DNA from: the human T2T-CHM13v2.0 reference genome, Homo sapiens
NCBI RefSeq assembly: GCF_009914755.1
Contig: NC_060930.1
Length of the DNA stretch: 64,000 bases
Strand: one strand, 5' to 3'
The position numbers and the translations under genes were made by a program. The notes under the pieces are model-generated. The model was given only the letters and a program-made list of their open reading frames with translations. It ran no database searches and was not told the origin of the DNA. Of the stretch, positions 25,101 through 40,602 are shown in pieces (the stretch's first letter is position 1; each line of letters begins with the position of its first letter).

Positions 25101-27933
25101 TAAACTACACCTTGGAACAAATGGACTTAGATATATACAGAACATTTCATCCAACAACCGCAGAATACACATTCTATTCAACAGCCCATGGAACTTTCTC
25201 CAAGATAGACCATGTGATAGGCCATAAAATGAGCCTCAATAAATTTAAGAAAATTGAAATTATATCAAGCACTCTCTCAGACTACAGTGGAATAGAACTG
25301 GAAATCAACTCCAAAAGGAACCTTCAAAACCATGCAAATACAGGAAAATTAAATAACCTGTTCCTTAATGAGCATTGGGTCAAAACTGAAATCAAGATGG
25401 AAATTAAAAAATTATTTGAAGTGAATGACAATAATGATACAACCTATCAAAATCTCTGGGATACAGCAAAGGTGATGCTAAAAGAAAGTTCATTGCCTTA
25501 AATGCCTACATCAAACAGGCTGAAAGAGCACAAACTGACACTCTAAGGTCACACCCCAAGGAACTAGAGAAATAAGAACAAACCAAACCCAAATCCAGCA
25601 GAAGAAGGGAAATAACCAAGGTCAGAACAGAACTAAATAAAATTGAAACACACACACACACACAAAATACAAAAGATAAATGAAACAAAAAGCTGATTCT
25701 TTGAAAAGATAAATAAAATTGATAGATCACTGGCAAGATTAACCAAGAAAAGAAGACAGAAAATCCAAATAACCACACTAGAAAATGAAACAGGAGATAT
25801 TACAACTGACACCACTGAAATACAAAAAATCGTTCAAGGCTACTGTGAACACCTTTATGCACAAAAACTAGAAAGCCTAGAAGAGATAGATAAATTCCTG
25901 GAAAAATAAAAGCCTCCTAGCTTAAATCAGGAAGATATGCTGACAATATGATTGTTTACATTGAAAACCCTAAGGACTCCTCCAGGAAGCTCCTAGAACT
26001 GATAAAAGAATTCACCAAACTTTCCAGATACAAAGTCAATGTACACAAATCAGTAGCTCTTCTATACACCAACAGCGACCAAGCAGAGAATCAAATCAAG
26101 AACTCAACCCCTTTTACAATAGCTTCAAAAAAAAATACTTATGAATATGTCTAACCAAGGAGTCGAAAGATCTCTACAAGGAAAACTACAAAACACTAAA
26201 CACTGCTGAAAGAAATCATAGATGACATGAACAAATGGAAAAAACATCCCATGCTCATGGATGGATAGATTCAATAATGTGAAAATGACCATATTGCCAA
26301 AGCTATCTACAAATTCAATGCAATCCCCATCAAAATACCACCATCATTCTTCACAGAATCAGAAAAAAAATTCTAAAATTCAAATGGAACCAAAAAATAG
26401 TCCACATAGTCAAAGCAAGACTACACAAAAAGAACAAATCTGGAGGCATCACACTGCCTGATTTCAAACTATACTATAACGCCATAGTCACAAAAACAGC
26501 ATGGTACCTGTACAAAAATAGGCACATAGACAAATGTAACAGAACAGAGAACCCAGAAATAAACCCAAATACTTACAGCCAACTGATCTTCAACGAAGCA
26601 AACAAAAACATAAAGTGAGGAAAGGACATTCTTTTTAACAAGTGGTGCTCGGATAATTGGCTAGCCACATGTAAGAGAATGAAACTGGATTCTCATGTCT
26701 TACCTTATACAAAAATCAACTCAAGATGGATTAAGGACATAAACCTAAGACTTGAAACTATAAAAATTCTAGAAGATAACATTGGAGAAACCCTTCTAGA
26801 CATTGGCTTAGGAAAGGATTTCATGACCAAGGACCCCAAAGCAAATGCAATAAAAACATAGATAAATAGCTGGGACCTAATTAAATTAAAGAGCTTTTGC
26901 AAGGCAAAGGAACAGTCAGCAGAGTAAACAGACAACCCACAGAGTGGGAGAAAATCTTCACAGTCTATACATCTGACAAAGGGCTAATGTTCAGAATCTA
27001 CAACAAATTCAAACAAATCAGTAAGAAAAAAAATCCCATCAAAAAGTGGGCTAAGGACATAAATAGACAATTCTGAAAAGAAGATATACAAATAGAAAAC
27101 AAAAATATGAAAAAACATGCTCAATATCACTAAGGATCAGGGAAATGCAAATCAAAACCACAATGCAATACCACCTTACTCCTGCAAGAATGGCCATAAT
27201 CAAAAAACAGTATATGCTGGCGTGGATGCATTGAACAGGGGACACTTCTATACTGCTGGTGGGAATGTAAACTAGTACAGCCACTACAGAAAACAATGTT
27301 CAGATTCCTTAAAGAACTAAAAGCAGAACTACCATTTGATCCAGCAATCCCACTACTTGGTATCTACCTAGAGGAAAATCAGTCATTATTCAAAAAAGAT
27401 ACTTGCACACACGTTTATAGCAGCACAATTCACAGTTGCAAAATCATGGAAACAACCCAAATGCCCATCAATCAACGAGTGGATAAATACACTGTGAGAT
27501 ATATATATATGTATATATATATATATGTATATATTATATATACTTCTTTATGATGATATATTTATATATTTGTTGGAATACTACTCAGCCATAAAAAAGG
27601 AATGAAAAAACAGCATTTGCAGTGACCTGGATGAGATTGGAGACTATTTTTCTAAGTAAAGTAACTCAGGAATGGAAAACCAAACATCGTGTGTTCTCAC
27701 TGATATGTGGGAGTTAAGCTATGAGGACGCAAAGGCATAAGAATGATGCAATTGACTTTGGGGACTTGTGGGGAAGAGTGGGAAGGGGGCAAGGGCCAGA
27801 AGACTACAAATACGGTGCAGTGTATACTGCTAGGGTGATGGGGACACCAAAATCTGACAAATCACCACTAAAGAACTTACTCACGTAACCAAATACCACC
27901 TGTACCCCAATAACTTATGGAAAAATCCTTTTT
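22149..27933 (+). mobile_element. Near full-length L1PB1-like LINE-1 (5'UTR, ORF1, ORF2 with RT deletion, 3'UTR), inactive
   Basis: GC-richer 5'UTR from about 22150. ORF1 remnants (23989-24201 IIEENFPSLARDLDIQ). Endonuclease remnants (24893-25501 IIVGDFNTPL, TFSKIDH). L1PB-type 3' end (aatcaccactaaagaacttactcacgtaacc). TSD aaaaagtcaaaaaata 22133-22148 vs aaaaagtcaaaaaaca 27934-27949. Confidence 0.92.
27498..27570. repeat. Degenerate (TA)n microsatellite expanded inside the L1PB
   Basis: atatatatatatgtatatatatatatatgtatatattatata... Confidence 0.9.
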
Positions 27934-28202
27934 AAAAAGTCAAAAAACAACGGATGCTTATGAGGTTGTGGAGAAAAAGGAATGCTTTTACACTGTTCCG
28001 TGGGAGTGCAAATCAGTTCAACCATTATGGAAGACAGCATGGCGATTCCTCAAAGACCTAGAGGCAGAAGTACTATTTGACCCAGCAATCCCATTACTGG
28101 GTATATACTCAGTGGAATATAAATCATTCTATAATAAAGATACATGCACGTGTATGTTCATTGCAGCATTATTCACAATAGCAACGACATGCAATCAACC
28201 TA

Positions 28203-28650
<448 letters not shown>

Positions 28651-28979
28651 TCACATGGACACATGATGGGGAAAAACACACACCAGGGCCTGTCAAGAGT
28701 GTGGGAGGTGGGAGGAGGGAGAGTATCAGGAAGAATAGCTAATGGATGTTTGACTTAATACCTAGGTGATGGGATGTTCTGTGCAGTAAACCAGCATGGC
28801 ACATCACACGTTTACCTATGTAACAAAACTGCACGTCCTGCACATGTACCCCTGAACCTACAATAAACGTTGGAAATTAAAAAAAAAAGTAAAAACACTT
28901 AGATTAATAACAAACAATAAAGCAAATTTCAAATAAAAATAATGAAAATAAAGGGAGAAGTTTCAAATTGGAGCTTTCT

Positions 28980-30490
<1,511 letters not shown>

Positions 30491-30502
30491 CTAAATACAT
30501 TA

Positions 30503-30853
30503 TGTGCTGCTATTAACAGAATACCATAGACTGGGTAATTTATGATGAACCAAAATATATTGGCTCATGATTCTGAAGGCTGGGAAGTCTAATATTGAGA
30601 GCCCTGCATCTAGCAAGAGCTTTCTTACATCATCATAACATTTTGGAAGGGCAAAAAGATGGCAAGAGAGCAAGAGGGAGTCAAACTTGTCCATTTATAA
30701 GAAACACTTTCCCATGATAACAGCATTAATTTATTCTCAAAGGTGGTACCCCATGAACCAAATTCTTCCATTAGACTTCACCTCTCAACACTGCCACATT
30801 GGGTATCAAGTTTTCAATACATGAACTTTGGGGAACACATTCAACCTATAGCA
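30503..30853 (-). mobile_element. MST-family (MSTC/D-like) MaLR LTR
   Basis: gctgctattaacagaataccatagactgggtaatttat ... catgaactttggggaacacattcaacctatagca. Confidence 0.85.
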
Positions 30854-32989
30854 AGAACTTCAAAGTTTCTTTGGGAAATAGAAATTACCTGCAGAAAGTT
30901 GTCTTTTGTTACCTGTTAGAAGGCATTAACACACTGCTGTTATATTTACATGACTGGCATGATGGTGTTTTCAAGCTGTGTTGCCACCTGATGTGCACCA
31001 GGAAATCTTGTTTTGCAAGCTTAGTTGGGTAACAGAAATTTTCGGAGTAAGATTTAGAATATCTTTTTAATTTTATGCTTGAGATTAATTTTGAATAAAC
31101 TCAGTGTAGTTTTCTGAACTTTTTCAAACACTCTAGAAGTAAAATAAAAAAAATCTCTAGAGGGTAAACTTTCCAATTTATTGGTCTAAGAAAAAAATTG
31201 TAGTGCAAGGCTTAGAGAAGTTGTTGGCAGGCCTTTTTGATTATCTGTGATTATCTGCCCAAAAGAAAATTCTCATATTCTTCATTGATTGTGGGGCTTG
31301 CTATTAAACCTAAGGGTTTAATAAAAGGTACATGGTAAAGTCAGGGGTATTATTCTATCTAGAAGAAAATCAACTTTTTTTTTTCTGCTCCCTGCTTCCA
31401 TAAACTAGCCTCAACTTCATCCCCAAAAAGAAAGGTTTTAATCCTAGCTTTTCAAGTTGAAGATACTGTAATGGGCTATACTTCAAAGGGAAGGTATTTC
31501 AAAAGGATTATGGGTCAGGGTGGCATCTTTCTTTCTTTAACTGATCTTTTTCCACATAGCTAAGGAAGACACTACAGGAAACACTTACGAAAAGCTCCAA
31601 GGCAGGAAATCAAGTGAGGGGCTTCACCTTTGGCATTGGGACAATTTACCTTTTCTTCATGTTCTTTAAGAAAGTACATATGATTTAGACTTATTTCAAA
31701 TTGCAGTTTGAAATAAGATTGGGATTTGCGGAGGATATAAACTGAAAAGATCTTTCACCTACTTTGGTTTTGGCCTATTTGGGCTTACTTTGTTTCTATC
31801 TTATGTTACCTCTGGCTAGTCCATTAAAGAGTCACAGATGATTCAAGGCAAAGTCTACTCACAGTAAAATGGTAATTTTGCTTTTTCTGGGCATATTTTT
31901 CTTTCAGGAGCCCTATGAGAAGAAATGGCAAGTCCTGAGCTATTTTTTATATCTAGGTTCTAATTTCATTTTAAACCCACATTAATACACCCCACCTTGA
32001 TGTCCCTAGACTTATTTGCTAGCTACTTCCCTGTCTTCACAAATTATGTATCTGAACTGTTGGTTTTGTCTACTTTGGTTAGTCTTATCCTATTATTGCT
32101 ACTTCTATCAAAGTCGCAGATTTTTGTCATTAATCTAGTAAAATAAAATAGAGCAGATTCTCATGACCATTTGGCACTAGATATCTGTGCTTTTAAAATG
32201 GTCCTCTAATGTAAGACTTGATTTGAGGACTTTCAAGTCAAGTGGGTTATTCAGAAGTACTAAAAGAACCATGCTGTGTTAAACTACCCATATGACTCCA
32301 ATTAACCTTATAAAAATGTAATTGCTGCAGTATAGCTGCATATCAAATATCCATTACTCTTGACCCTTTCAATATGGTTTGAAACTATGCCCCCATGAAG
32401 AGCCAGATTTCAGTTATTTTAAGACTCCAAATTGGATATGAATTCTGTAGCAAATCTGAATCTTTCTTCCCTACCTATACTAATTTATACCTTCACATAT
32501 ATTTGCAGTTACCAAGAGAGCACTCCCTTGTGCATTATGCATCAACAATGTAAAGATTCTTTCAAGGTTAAAATAGCTGATAAAGGTTTTGTTATCTAAT
32601 GATTATCTATAATTGCAGGAATCAGTTGCCTAGTTTATGGAGAAGACATTTTATGTATATATCACATTCTCTTTACTGAATGCTGAAAAATCTATTTGAG
32701 CTTTCAGTTGAATTAAGGTGTATATTTTATAATGTTATAAAATAGGAAATTACTATTCCTGAAGAAATTTCAGTCACTACAGGGAGACAAAAAGAATATT
32801 TCAATTTCTTCTAAGCATAGCAATATACTTTAGAGGTTTACTGTATTTTTCAGAACCATCTGTACATTCAACCAATAAAATTCTAAAGGGTAACTTTAGG
32901 GCTTAAACTTCTAACAGGCAGAAATATTATTTATGATTATTAAGGTCAATATGATAAACTACAAATAATTTAATTTTTGAGTTCAGGAA

Positions 32990-33400
32990 GATTTAAAGTT
33001 AAATCTCAGACCTGCTGCTTCTTAACCATAGAATATATGGCAAATTGCTTTATCGCTCTGAAATTTATTTCCCTAATCTGTAAAATGGGTTTGATGCTAC
33101 ATATAAATTTTAACTTGCATGTATTCTGGGACAATAATATTTGAAACACCTAGTTACTATAATATTAATAAATAAGAGCTTATTCCCTATCTTTTACATA
33201 ATTCTATATAATAAGTTATTCTATGTTTAATAGTTAAGGACAGTATGTGTAATTGTTAAGAACATGGACCCTGAAGTTCAATTGTCATGATTTGAATCGC
33301 ATCTACCCTGATACAAGCTAGAGACTCTGGACAAGTTACTTAAATTCTGTGTTTTGCTTCCCATTTTTGTAAAATTGGAGCAATGAAAGTATCATAAAAA
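32990..33400 (+). mobile_element. Two adjacent MIR relics
   Basis: ttccctaatctgtaaaatggg (about 33070) and gttaagaacatggaccctgaag ... ggacaagttacttaa (33255-33345). Confidence 0.65.
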
Positions 33401-33455
33401 TATTATATATAAAATTCTTTAAAAGAATCACTGCTACAGAGTCCAAAGTCTAAGA

Positions 33456-33558
33456 ACATTCTAGTTCTAAGTGACTAACAAAATATTTAATCTGAGGAAT
33501 TCTAAACCCTGATGCTTTCAAGCAGTGATGTAACCTATGCTCCTTTTAATTTGTATCT
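33456..33558 (+). repeat. Copy A of a local ~103-bp direct duplication
   Basis: Manual alignment to 39222-39323 gives 86/103 identities with one gap. Confidence 0.9.
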
Positions 33559-33626
33559 AAAATTTTAAAGCTATTAAGAAGGTTTCTGCCCATTGTTTAT
33601 GGTTTTAAATTCAAGTTGTTTCCTCC

Positions 33627-34019
33627 TGTATTAGTCCATTCTCACACTACTATAAAGACATACCTGAGACTGGACAATTTATGAAGAAAAGAGGTTCAAT
33701 TGACTCACAGTTGTGCAGGCTGTACAGGAAGTATGGCTGGGAAGGCCTCGGGAAACTTACAATTATGGTGGAAGGCAAAAGGGAAGCAGACACGTCTTCA
33801 CATGGCCAGGGCAGGAAGAAGAGAGTCAAGGGGGAAGTGCTACACACTTTTAAAAGACCAGATCTCATGAGAACTCACTCATTATTACAAGAACAGCAAG
33901 GGGAAAGTCTGCCTCCATTATCCAATCACCTGCCACCAAGCCACCAGACCCCTCCTCCAACACTGAGGATTAAAATTCAACATGAGATTCGGGTGGGGAA
34001 ACACAGCCAAACCATATCA
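33627..34019 (-). mobile_element. MSTA/THE1-family MaLR solo LTR
   Basis: tgtattagtccattctcacact ... acacagccaaaccatatca, TG...CA termini. Confidence 0.92.
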
Positions 34020-35449
34020 CTTTCCCTCTGACTCAATACTGCCCTTAGAATTTTATGTAAATGCAAGTATAGTAAAAGCTTTATAATACCGATGCAAAAT
34101 TACATGGAAAAGAACATGCAATAGCTCTATTTTTTTTTATTTTTTACCAGAGTGGGTTGATAATAAACAAAGCTGTGTAGATTACAAACTAGGGGCCCCA
34201 GACTGAGTTATGATTATTGATTCTCATAAATGGATTGCCTCCAAAGTCTCTGACACTGAATGCCCACTCACCTCTGCCAGAGTCATTTGTTAGATTGTTG
34301 CTGTGGACCCAAGATCATTGACTCCATAAATCTCTGACTGAAATCCACTCTATTGGCATTCTAGGTTCCCAAAGGGCCTGCACCCAGTGTGAAAGCAAAT
34401 GAAGTCAATACTAACATAAATAAATTATTAATGGTACATCTACTTGGCCAGGAATTAAGTCAAGAAGGATTGTAACAAGTGACAGATATAAAGGGTTCAC
34501 TTTTTGGAGTTACATTTCTGCTTTTACTCTAACAAAAATTTGCCAAAACATCCACAGGACTCATAAGCAATATATGAAATTTATAATCAAAGGCACTGTG
34601 ATAGTTTAAAATTGTATTAGAGTCTCATATTTGGTTTCATTTGGAAAATGTATCTTTTTGTTTATGAGATAAAAGGAGAATGTTTTTCCCACTTAAAAAA
34701 AAGACTTTTATGCATTCATTGTTCATTTAAAATCACATTTTCTGAGGATAGCAGAGAAAAGCTCCTCTGAGATTTATCAGAATATTGCTGATTCTTAATG
34801 GATGTTTTTCAAATGCCATCAAAGAATGTACACATTAAAACCCTCCAAATGTCAAATATCTTGAATAATGGCAAGAAATAACTTGTCAGATTGATAAAAA
34901 CTTTTATCAGTCTCTTAACTCAGGGGAAATAGAAAGCTATGTCTAGAAAACAATGTTGAAGCAGACTAGAAAAAGAAAAAGGCCACTCCTCCAGAGACAA
35001 TATAGCATTTGAGGCAAACCCAGTGTTCCATGAGCTTCATGGAATTTGACGTAAGTGATGGAGATAACCTGCATGTTAACATGGATGCCTGTCCATGTTT
35101 GAACTTTTATGTGAGAGATGAAAATATCCTCAAAGAAACTGTGTTACAAATGTGGAAAAGTTTCAAAGGGGAAAATAGTTACCATTGAAAGGATTATTTA
35201 GGATTTGTTGTATGGATCCCTGAAAAAGTAAGCCAGCCAAAATGCAATCTTAAAATTTTTTTGAGGAAATTTTTTTCACATTTAATTATTTTCTAGAAGT
35301 AGTCTTCATGTAAGTGTAAAAACTAGAGAATATATGGCTTTCTAGGGTCTCAAGTTCATAGATTTAAAATAGATGTTAGCAGTTCTTTCATCCCTCTCTT
35401 TTTGGCATCACTGCAAGGTGGTAATTCAGCCTCTGCTAGAAACTGTGAA

Positions 35450-35700
35450 AATAATAGCTACCATTTACTAAGTGCTCATTTGTCCTGGGGACTGTGCTAA
35501 ATACCTAACAAATATCACACTTAATTATCACAATGACCCTATGAAGAAGACAATTTAGTGTTATTTTTTAAGACAACTAAGGTTTTGAGCATTTACTATT
35601 TTGTTCAAGGTCAAACAAAAAATAAGACATGTCACAAAATATGAACTCAGATCCTTTGGCTTCCACAGAATGTGCTCTTAATATGTACAGTATGCTGCTT
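35450..35700 (-). mobile_element. MIR SINE
   Basis: aataatagctaccatttactaagtgctca ... cacaatgaccctatgaag ... ttgttcaaggtca. Confidence 0.75.
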
Positions 35701-36191
35701 GAATTTTTAGTATAGACAGTTTTAGTTCTTGGAAAAGTTTTCTTTACATTGAGCTAAAATATACATTCATGTAAATGTCATGGTAAAGTTAGTACTTACT
35801 TACTTGCCTTTTAAATGACATAAGACTGCAATCAGATTTCCCTTTAATGTTTTTTTAAAGTAAATATTTCAGGTACAAGTGTAAACTCCCTTTGAAGAAA
35901 GAGTCATGAGGAGATAGAACAAGCTTCATGGAAGCTCTCTTTCTACCTCTCAATCTACCATGTTACCTGGATTTTTCCAACATGTAGGATTGGGGAATCA
36001 TCTTCAGAAGAGCCCAATAAAATTATAAGCTACATGTATTGAGTAACATAATTGTATATCAGCATGTATTAATTTATCTATTATTTGTTGTTCTATAGAA
36101 AAGAAACCTTGGAGGGGGTTGATATAAGTCAGGTACATTCCAATGGATCTGCACAGGACGAGATATTGGCAATGGGATATTGTTCTGTTTT

Positions 36192-36583
36192 GGATATGGT
36201 TTGTTTGGCTTCCTTAAGGCTACATTGAATTTGTTCCACAGCGTTGGAGGTGGAGTCTAACGGGAGGTGTTTGGGTCACAGGGGCAGATCCCTTACAAAT
36301 GGCTTGTTGCCATCTTCATGGTAATGAATCCTCACTCTATTAGTGCCCATGCGAACTGTTTGTTAAAAAGAGCCTGTCATCTCCCTCTCCTCGCTCTTGC
36401 TTCCTCCCTCACCACGTGACTAGCTAAGTCCCCTTCACTTTTTGCCATGAGGCCCTCAACACATGCAGATGCTGGCACCGTACTTTTTATATGGCCTGCA
36501 GAACTGTGAGCCAAATAAACATCTTTTTTAATAACTTATTCAGCCTCAGTAATTCTTTATAGCAACTCAAATGGACTAAGATA
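36192..36583 (+). mobile_element. MSTB-like MaLR solo LTR
   Basis: gatatggtttg ... gggaggtgtttgggtca ... cctgcagaactgtgagccaaataaac ... atggactaagata. Confidence 0.88.
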
Positions 36584-36857
36584 CTTTCAGGTGTAGATCA
36601 AGCATAAAGTGCATAACTCTTTGATGACACCCTCACTAACCTCATCAAAATATTTTCCCTCAAGGATTTAAAATAACCTTTTTTTTTTATTTTTTTTCAG
36701 TTTCTACTTTATTTCTGTGGGCCTAGCACTTACTCTCTTACCAAGATATTCTAATGAGATACAGACGTTCTTAATGAACTCGGTGTGATATGATTGAACA
36801 ATTTCCATTATTTCCTGAGTAGGCAACAGAGATAGGAAAGAAAGAAATTAAGATCGA

Positions 36858-37043
36858 ATTCTCCAACCTCAATGTGCACTGGAATCATCTGGAAGACTGA
36901 GCCACACTCCTAGATTTCCTGGTTTAATAGGACTTGGAGTGAGGAGGAGACAATATAGGACATGTATGTTTGCATTTCTGATAAGTTCACAGATGATGAA
37001 TAATGATGTTGCTGGTACCAAGGCTACACTTTGAGAACTTCTG
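36858..37043. mobile_element. MER5-like hAT-Charlie DNA transposon relic
   Basis: ctggaatcatctggaag ... tttgcatttctgataagttcacagatgatg ... cactttgagaacttctg. Confidence 0.7.
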
Positions 37044-38959
37044 GACTAGGGAGCAGTATAGAAAGGGAAATGGGGAAGTGGTAAAGGCGAAAGGTTTTAC
37101 CAGAGCCTAATGTAACTTAGTATAGAGAGTATTCATGTTAGATCCATAATGACCATTTTATAAGCATATCTTATCTTACAAGTAAGAAAAATGAGACACA
37201 TACTCAAAGTGTTGTATTGCATTGCTGAATACTGGTGAGTTGGGACAAGAATCTCTTTTAAGTTTTGTATTTTAGTCATGAACAGAGTCTTTCAAATTTG
37301 AGGCTCCTAGGAAATATTTGAAGAGCTTGGCAAAAGTGTGGATTCCTAGATACTATTCTGGACTCAGACCTTAAACAATCTGCTTTTTAATAAATTCCTT
37401 TGGTCACTCAGACACAAGACATATTAGGACAACACTCTAAGAAACAGGGCAAGTAAAATCGGGTGCTAGGCTAGCCTCACATAGCAGGAGCAGAGACCTA
37501 ACTGAACACAAGACAAGCTGTAGCACCTGAGAAGCTGAAGTTGAGAGGGTAAAGAGGATGTATATTTGCTGTCCTACAAGATGGTAAAACAGATATTCAC
37601 TGCAGAACAAGGAAACCATCTCAGTACATTTGTCAAAACACCCAACCCTCCTTATATAAAAGGATACTAGATTTACAGTGTATGTGAAAACAGAACACCC
37701 ATGTCTAATCCTCACTTGTCAGAAAGCATCTCCACTCTGATACAGTTCCCCTCTAAGGGGTCACTTGAAGGAATAATTTCCAAGCTGTATTAGCATTTTG
37801 AGTGGCATTTCATAGGGGCTTATAACCCTTGGCCCCTATAACACAAATGGGGACTCTCACAGGACAGGGAAAAGACAAAATAGAGCTAGCTTAGCTTTCA
37901 CTTTAATTTTTTATTTGTCTCAAATATGCAATTGTACTCATATTTCTAATTGAAAAAAATTCTTATCAATATTTTATCTTTCTTTTGATACTCTGTTTCT
38001 CTGCCCTATGTATGGGAGCTTAGTAATAAAAGTAGTTGTCTCCATCAAAATAGCATATCATGAAACTCCATCCCATTATTTTCCTAAGTACATGTCATTA
38101 AAATAAAATCACTTTTAAAGAAAGATAAGGAAATAATAAAAATTCTATCAAATTTCTTTTGATGAGTACTTTTGTTTTTTTAAGGGCATGAAAATGAAAA
38201 ATACATTTTAATGAGTACAAAGTTAGCCATTGAAGTCCTATCGTAAGTCACCTCCTATACATAGCTCACATTAGATTGGAATGGTGATCAAATCAATTCC
38301 TATATGAATACATATTCCATTTTAGCTGCAGGAAAAATGACGTATCTCTGCAAATCATTTTCTGTGTGGTTTCTATTATAAGAAAAGAAGTCCTGAATTA
38401 CAAAACTTACTGCTCCAAGCTCCTTGTATACTTCTTCAATGAATAAATCCAAAATAGCTTAGATGGCTTTTAAGGCATCCCATGATTGACCTCATTTTTC
38501 CCTATTTAAAGTTGATCTTTCATAACCGCACTATCCCCACACCTTCTACCTCTCTCTCCTGTTATGTTACTTACCTATAACGTTATCATTCTTAATCACA
38601 GATTTACCATGAGCCTGATGAACTTGATAGGCCAGGACTGCTTACTTGCATAGATCATTGAATGCTAGAAATTACTGGGAGTTCTCAATAGAGAATTCTG
38701 AGAGAAGACCTGGAAGTCAGGTTGTAATCAGGAAGCACTTCTGTGGCAGCATTTCTGAAAAATTGCCTAAAGATATCTCAGAAGGAAAAGTCCTGAATCT
38801 CCAAGATTCCAGGAATTTTGTGGGATTTCATTTCCCATTCAAAATATTTTCTTTTGTATCAAATTTTTATTCTCAAATGTGTATTCTTTAAAAAAAAGGG
38901 CATAAATTATATAAGTTTCAGGCCCACAGTACTTGTCCTATTCTTGATATGCCCTCCTT

Positions 38960-39380
38960 TTTATTTAAACTTGCTTCTTTGATAAAGCTATTTCTGGAAT
39001 ACCCTTTCACTCTCCCAATATGTGCCTCCTTTCTCATGTCTCTGTATATCAAAATACTATTCATTCTTCAATTTTTAGGTCATATGCTACAGCATCCTCA
39101 AGTATCAATTATTTGATCAATATAAATCCCATCTATATACTCTTATGTTTCTCCTTTGGGCCATAAATCCCACTGTGCCTGAAATCACACATCATTGGTT
39201 ACATATTTTTAAGACTAATGTACATTCTAGTGCTGAGTGACTAAGAAAGTATTTAAGCTGAGGGATACTAAACCTGAAGCTTCCTAGCAGTGATGTAACC
39301 CATACTCTTTCTAACTTGTGTCTCCTATGACCAAAATGTTTTGCGTAATGACTGCACAAATAAAAACTTTATCTGATTGT
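38960..39380 (+). mobile_element. Degenerate L2 3' end containing copy B (39222-39323) of the local duplication
   Basis: Pyrimidine-rich L2-like sequence (ttctggaataccctttc, tactattcattcttcaa) ending in cacaaataaaaactttatctgattg. Confidence 0.5.
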
Positions 39381-39964
39381 AAATGTTACTCCCATTAGCT
39401 AGAAGAATATGATTCTACCATCCTCTGTCACTCCCAGCCAATAGGCTTCAAAAGGATGTGGTTAAAATCTTGTTGAGATTTTATTTCTATTTGAGAATAT
39501 GGGATGAATGATTTATCTAAAAGTCCAATTGAAGTGACTAAGAATCAGACTAGAATTAGTTCAGTCTAATGAAAGAGAAATAATATGTACAACAATGATT
39601 GAGAAAGGGGCTAATGGGAAAGTAAACTTGATCTTCACCTTTCAAAATGATTAGAATCTGATAGAATATTGCCAGAGAAGGGTGCTTCTGAGAGTGAGAA
39701 TTACACAGAACCAATGAAAACACTGGTGACTGGAGGACTGGAGCCAGGGGTTCAAGTTGGTGTATAGTATGAACTCATACCAAGTGGTCACATAGGCTAT
39801 GTTTTGGAGAGTTCTGAAAGTAAGGCTGAGGAAAACAGTCACAAAACAGTTATTTACCTCAAGGAATTAGATGTGAAAAATTGCACCTGCAGGTAAAGAA
39901 ACTGACCAGGAGATAATGGTAACCTAATTATGCTGTTAGAAATTATCATAAAAATTTAATTTTA

Positions 39965-40265
39965 TAGATCATTACAATATGTTGGGCACTCTGCTCTGCT
40001 TTAAAAAAAAACATTTAATTCTCATAAAAATCCTATGGATAAAACCCTATAATATTGCTATTTTACAAATGAAAAAACAAGTGGCATGTTTAGAGAGCCA
40101 AAGTCACTTAACTAATAAGTAAGGCAAACAATTAAGATGAACTAAAAAATGTATTGGATAGGAGTTAAGAAACCTAGGTAATGAGCTCATCATTGTGAAA
40201 AATTAGTTGTGCAATCCTATGCAACTCACTTAACCTAAATGTACCTTGTTTGGCTTTCTTATAGG
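39965..40265. mobile_element. Two divergent MIR relics (minus 39965-40125, plus 40150-40265)
   Basis: atttaattctcataaaaatcctatg ... attttacaaatgaaaaaac on one side; ttggataggagttaagaaacctagg ... caactcacttaacct on the other. Confidence 0.6.
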
Positions 40266-40602
40266 TTGAGGTTTGAATACTATATCAAACTATTACACTT
40301 TTTGGGGGGCCTATTTGCATCACATTTATTTGCTAAGGATACCCTGAATAAATTCCCATCTTTCAAGAGCACAGAGACTTAGGCAAAATATAGACAATCA
40401 CAAAAGAGGGACCTAACCTACAGCCAAACTGATTTTAGTTAATTCCTAAAGGAATACTATTAGTTTTAAAGGTATTCTGTGATTACATTTTGATTAGTGC
40501 AGCCGCTACCCTTGCTTCTTGAATACCTGTGCAATAACCAGCAACCAGTGGGAGATGGAGAGTCAGGGCTAAGGGTGGAAAATTCATAAAGAGAATAACA
40601 GT

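Noticed and set aside
22149-27933. Near full-length L1 as an active retrotransposon or novel RT system
   Set aside because: ORF1 and ORF2 are broken by many stops and frameshifts, and most of the RT domain is deleted.
33456-33558. Duplicated segment as a box C/D snoRNA pair
   Set aside because: The TGATG word lies 3' of the CTGA words, is not RTGATGA, and there is no terminal stem.
35069-35100. CATG repeats as a p53 response element
   Set aside because: The cores are 8 and 14 bp apart and the flanks fit RRRCWWGYYY poorly.
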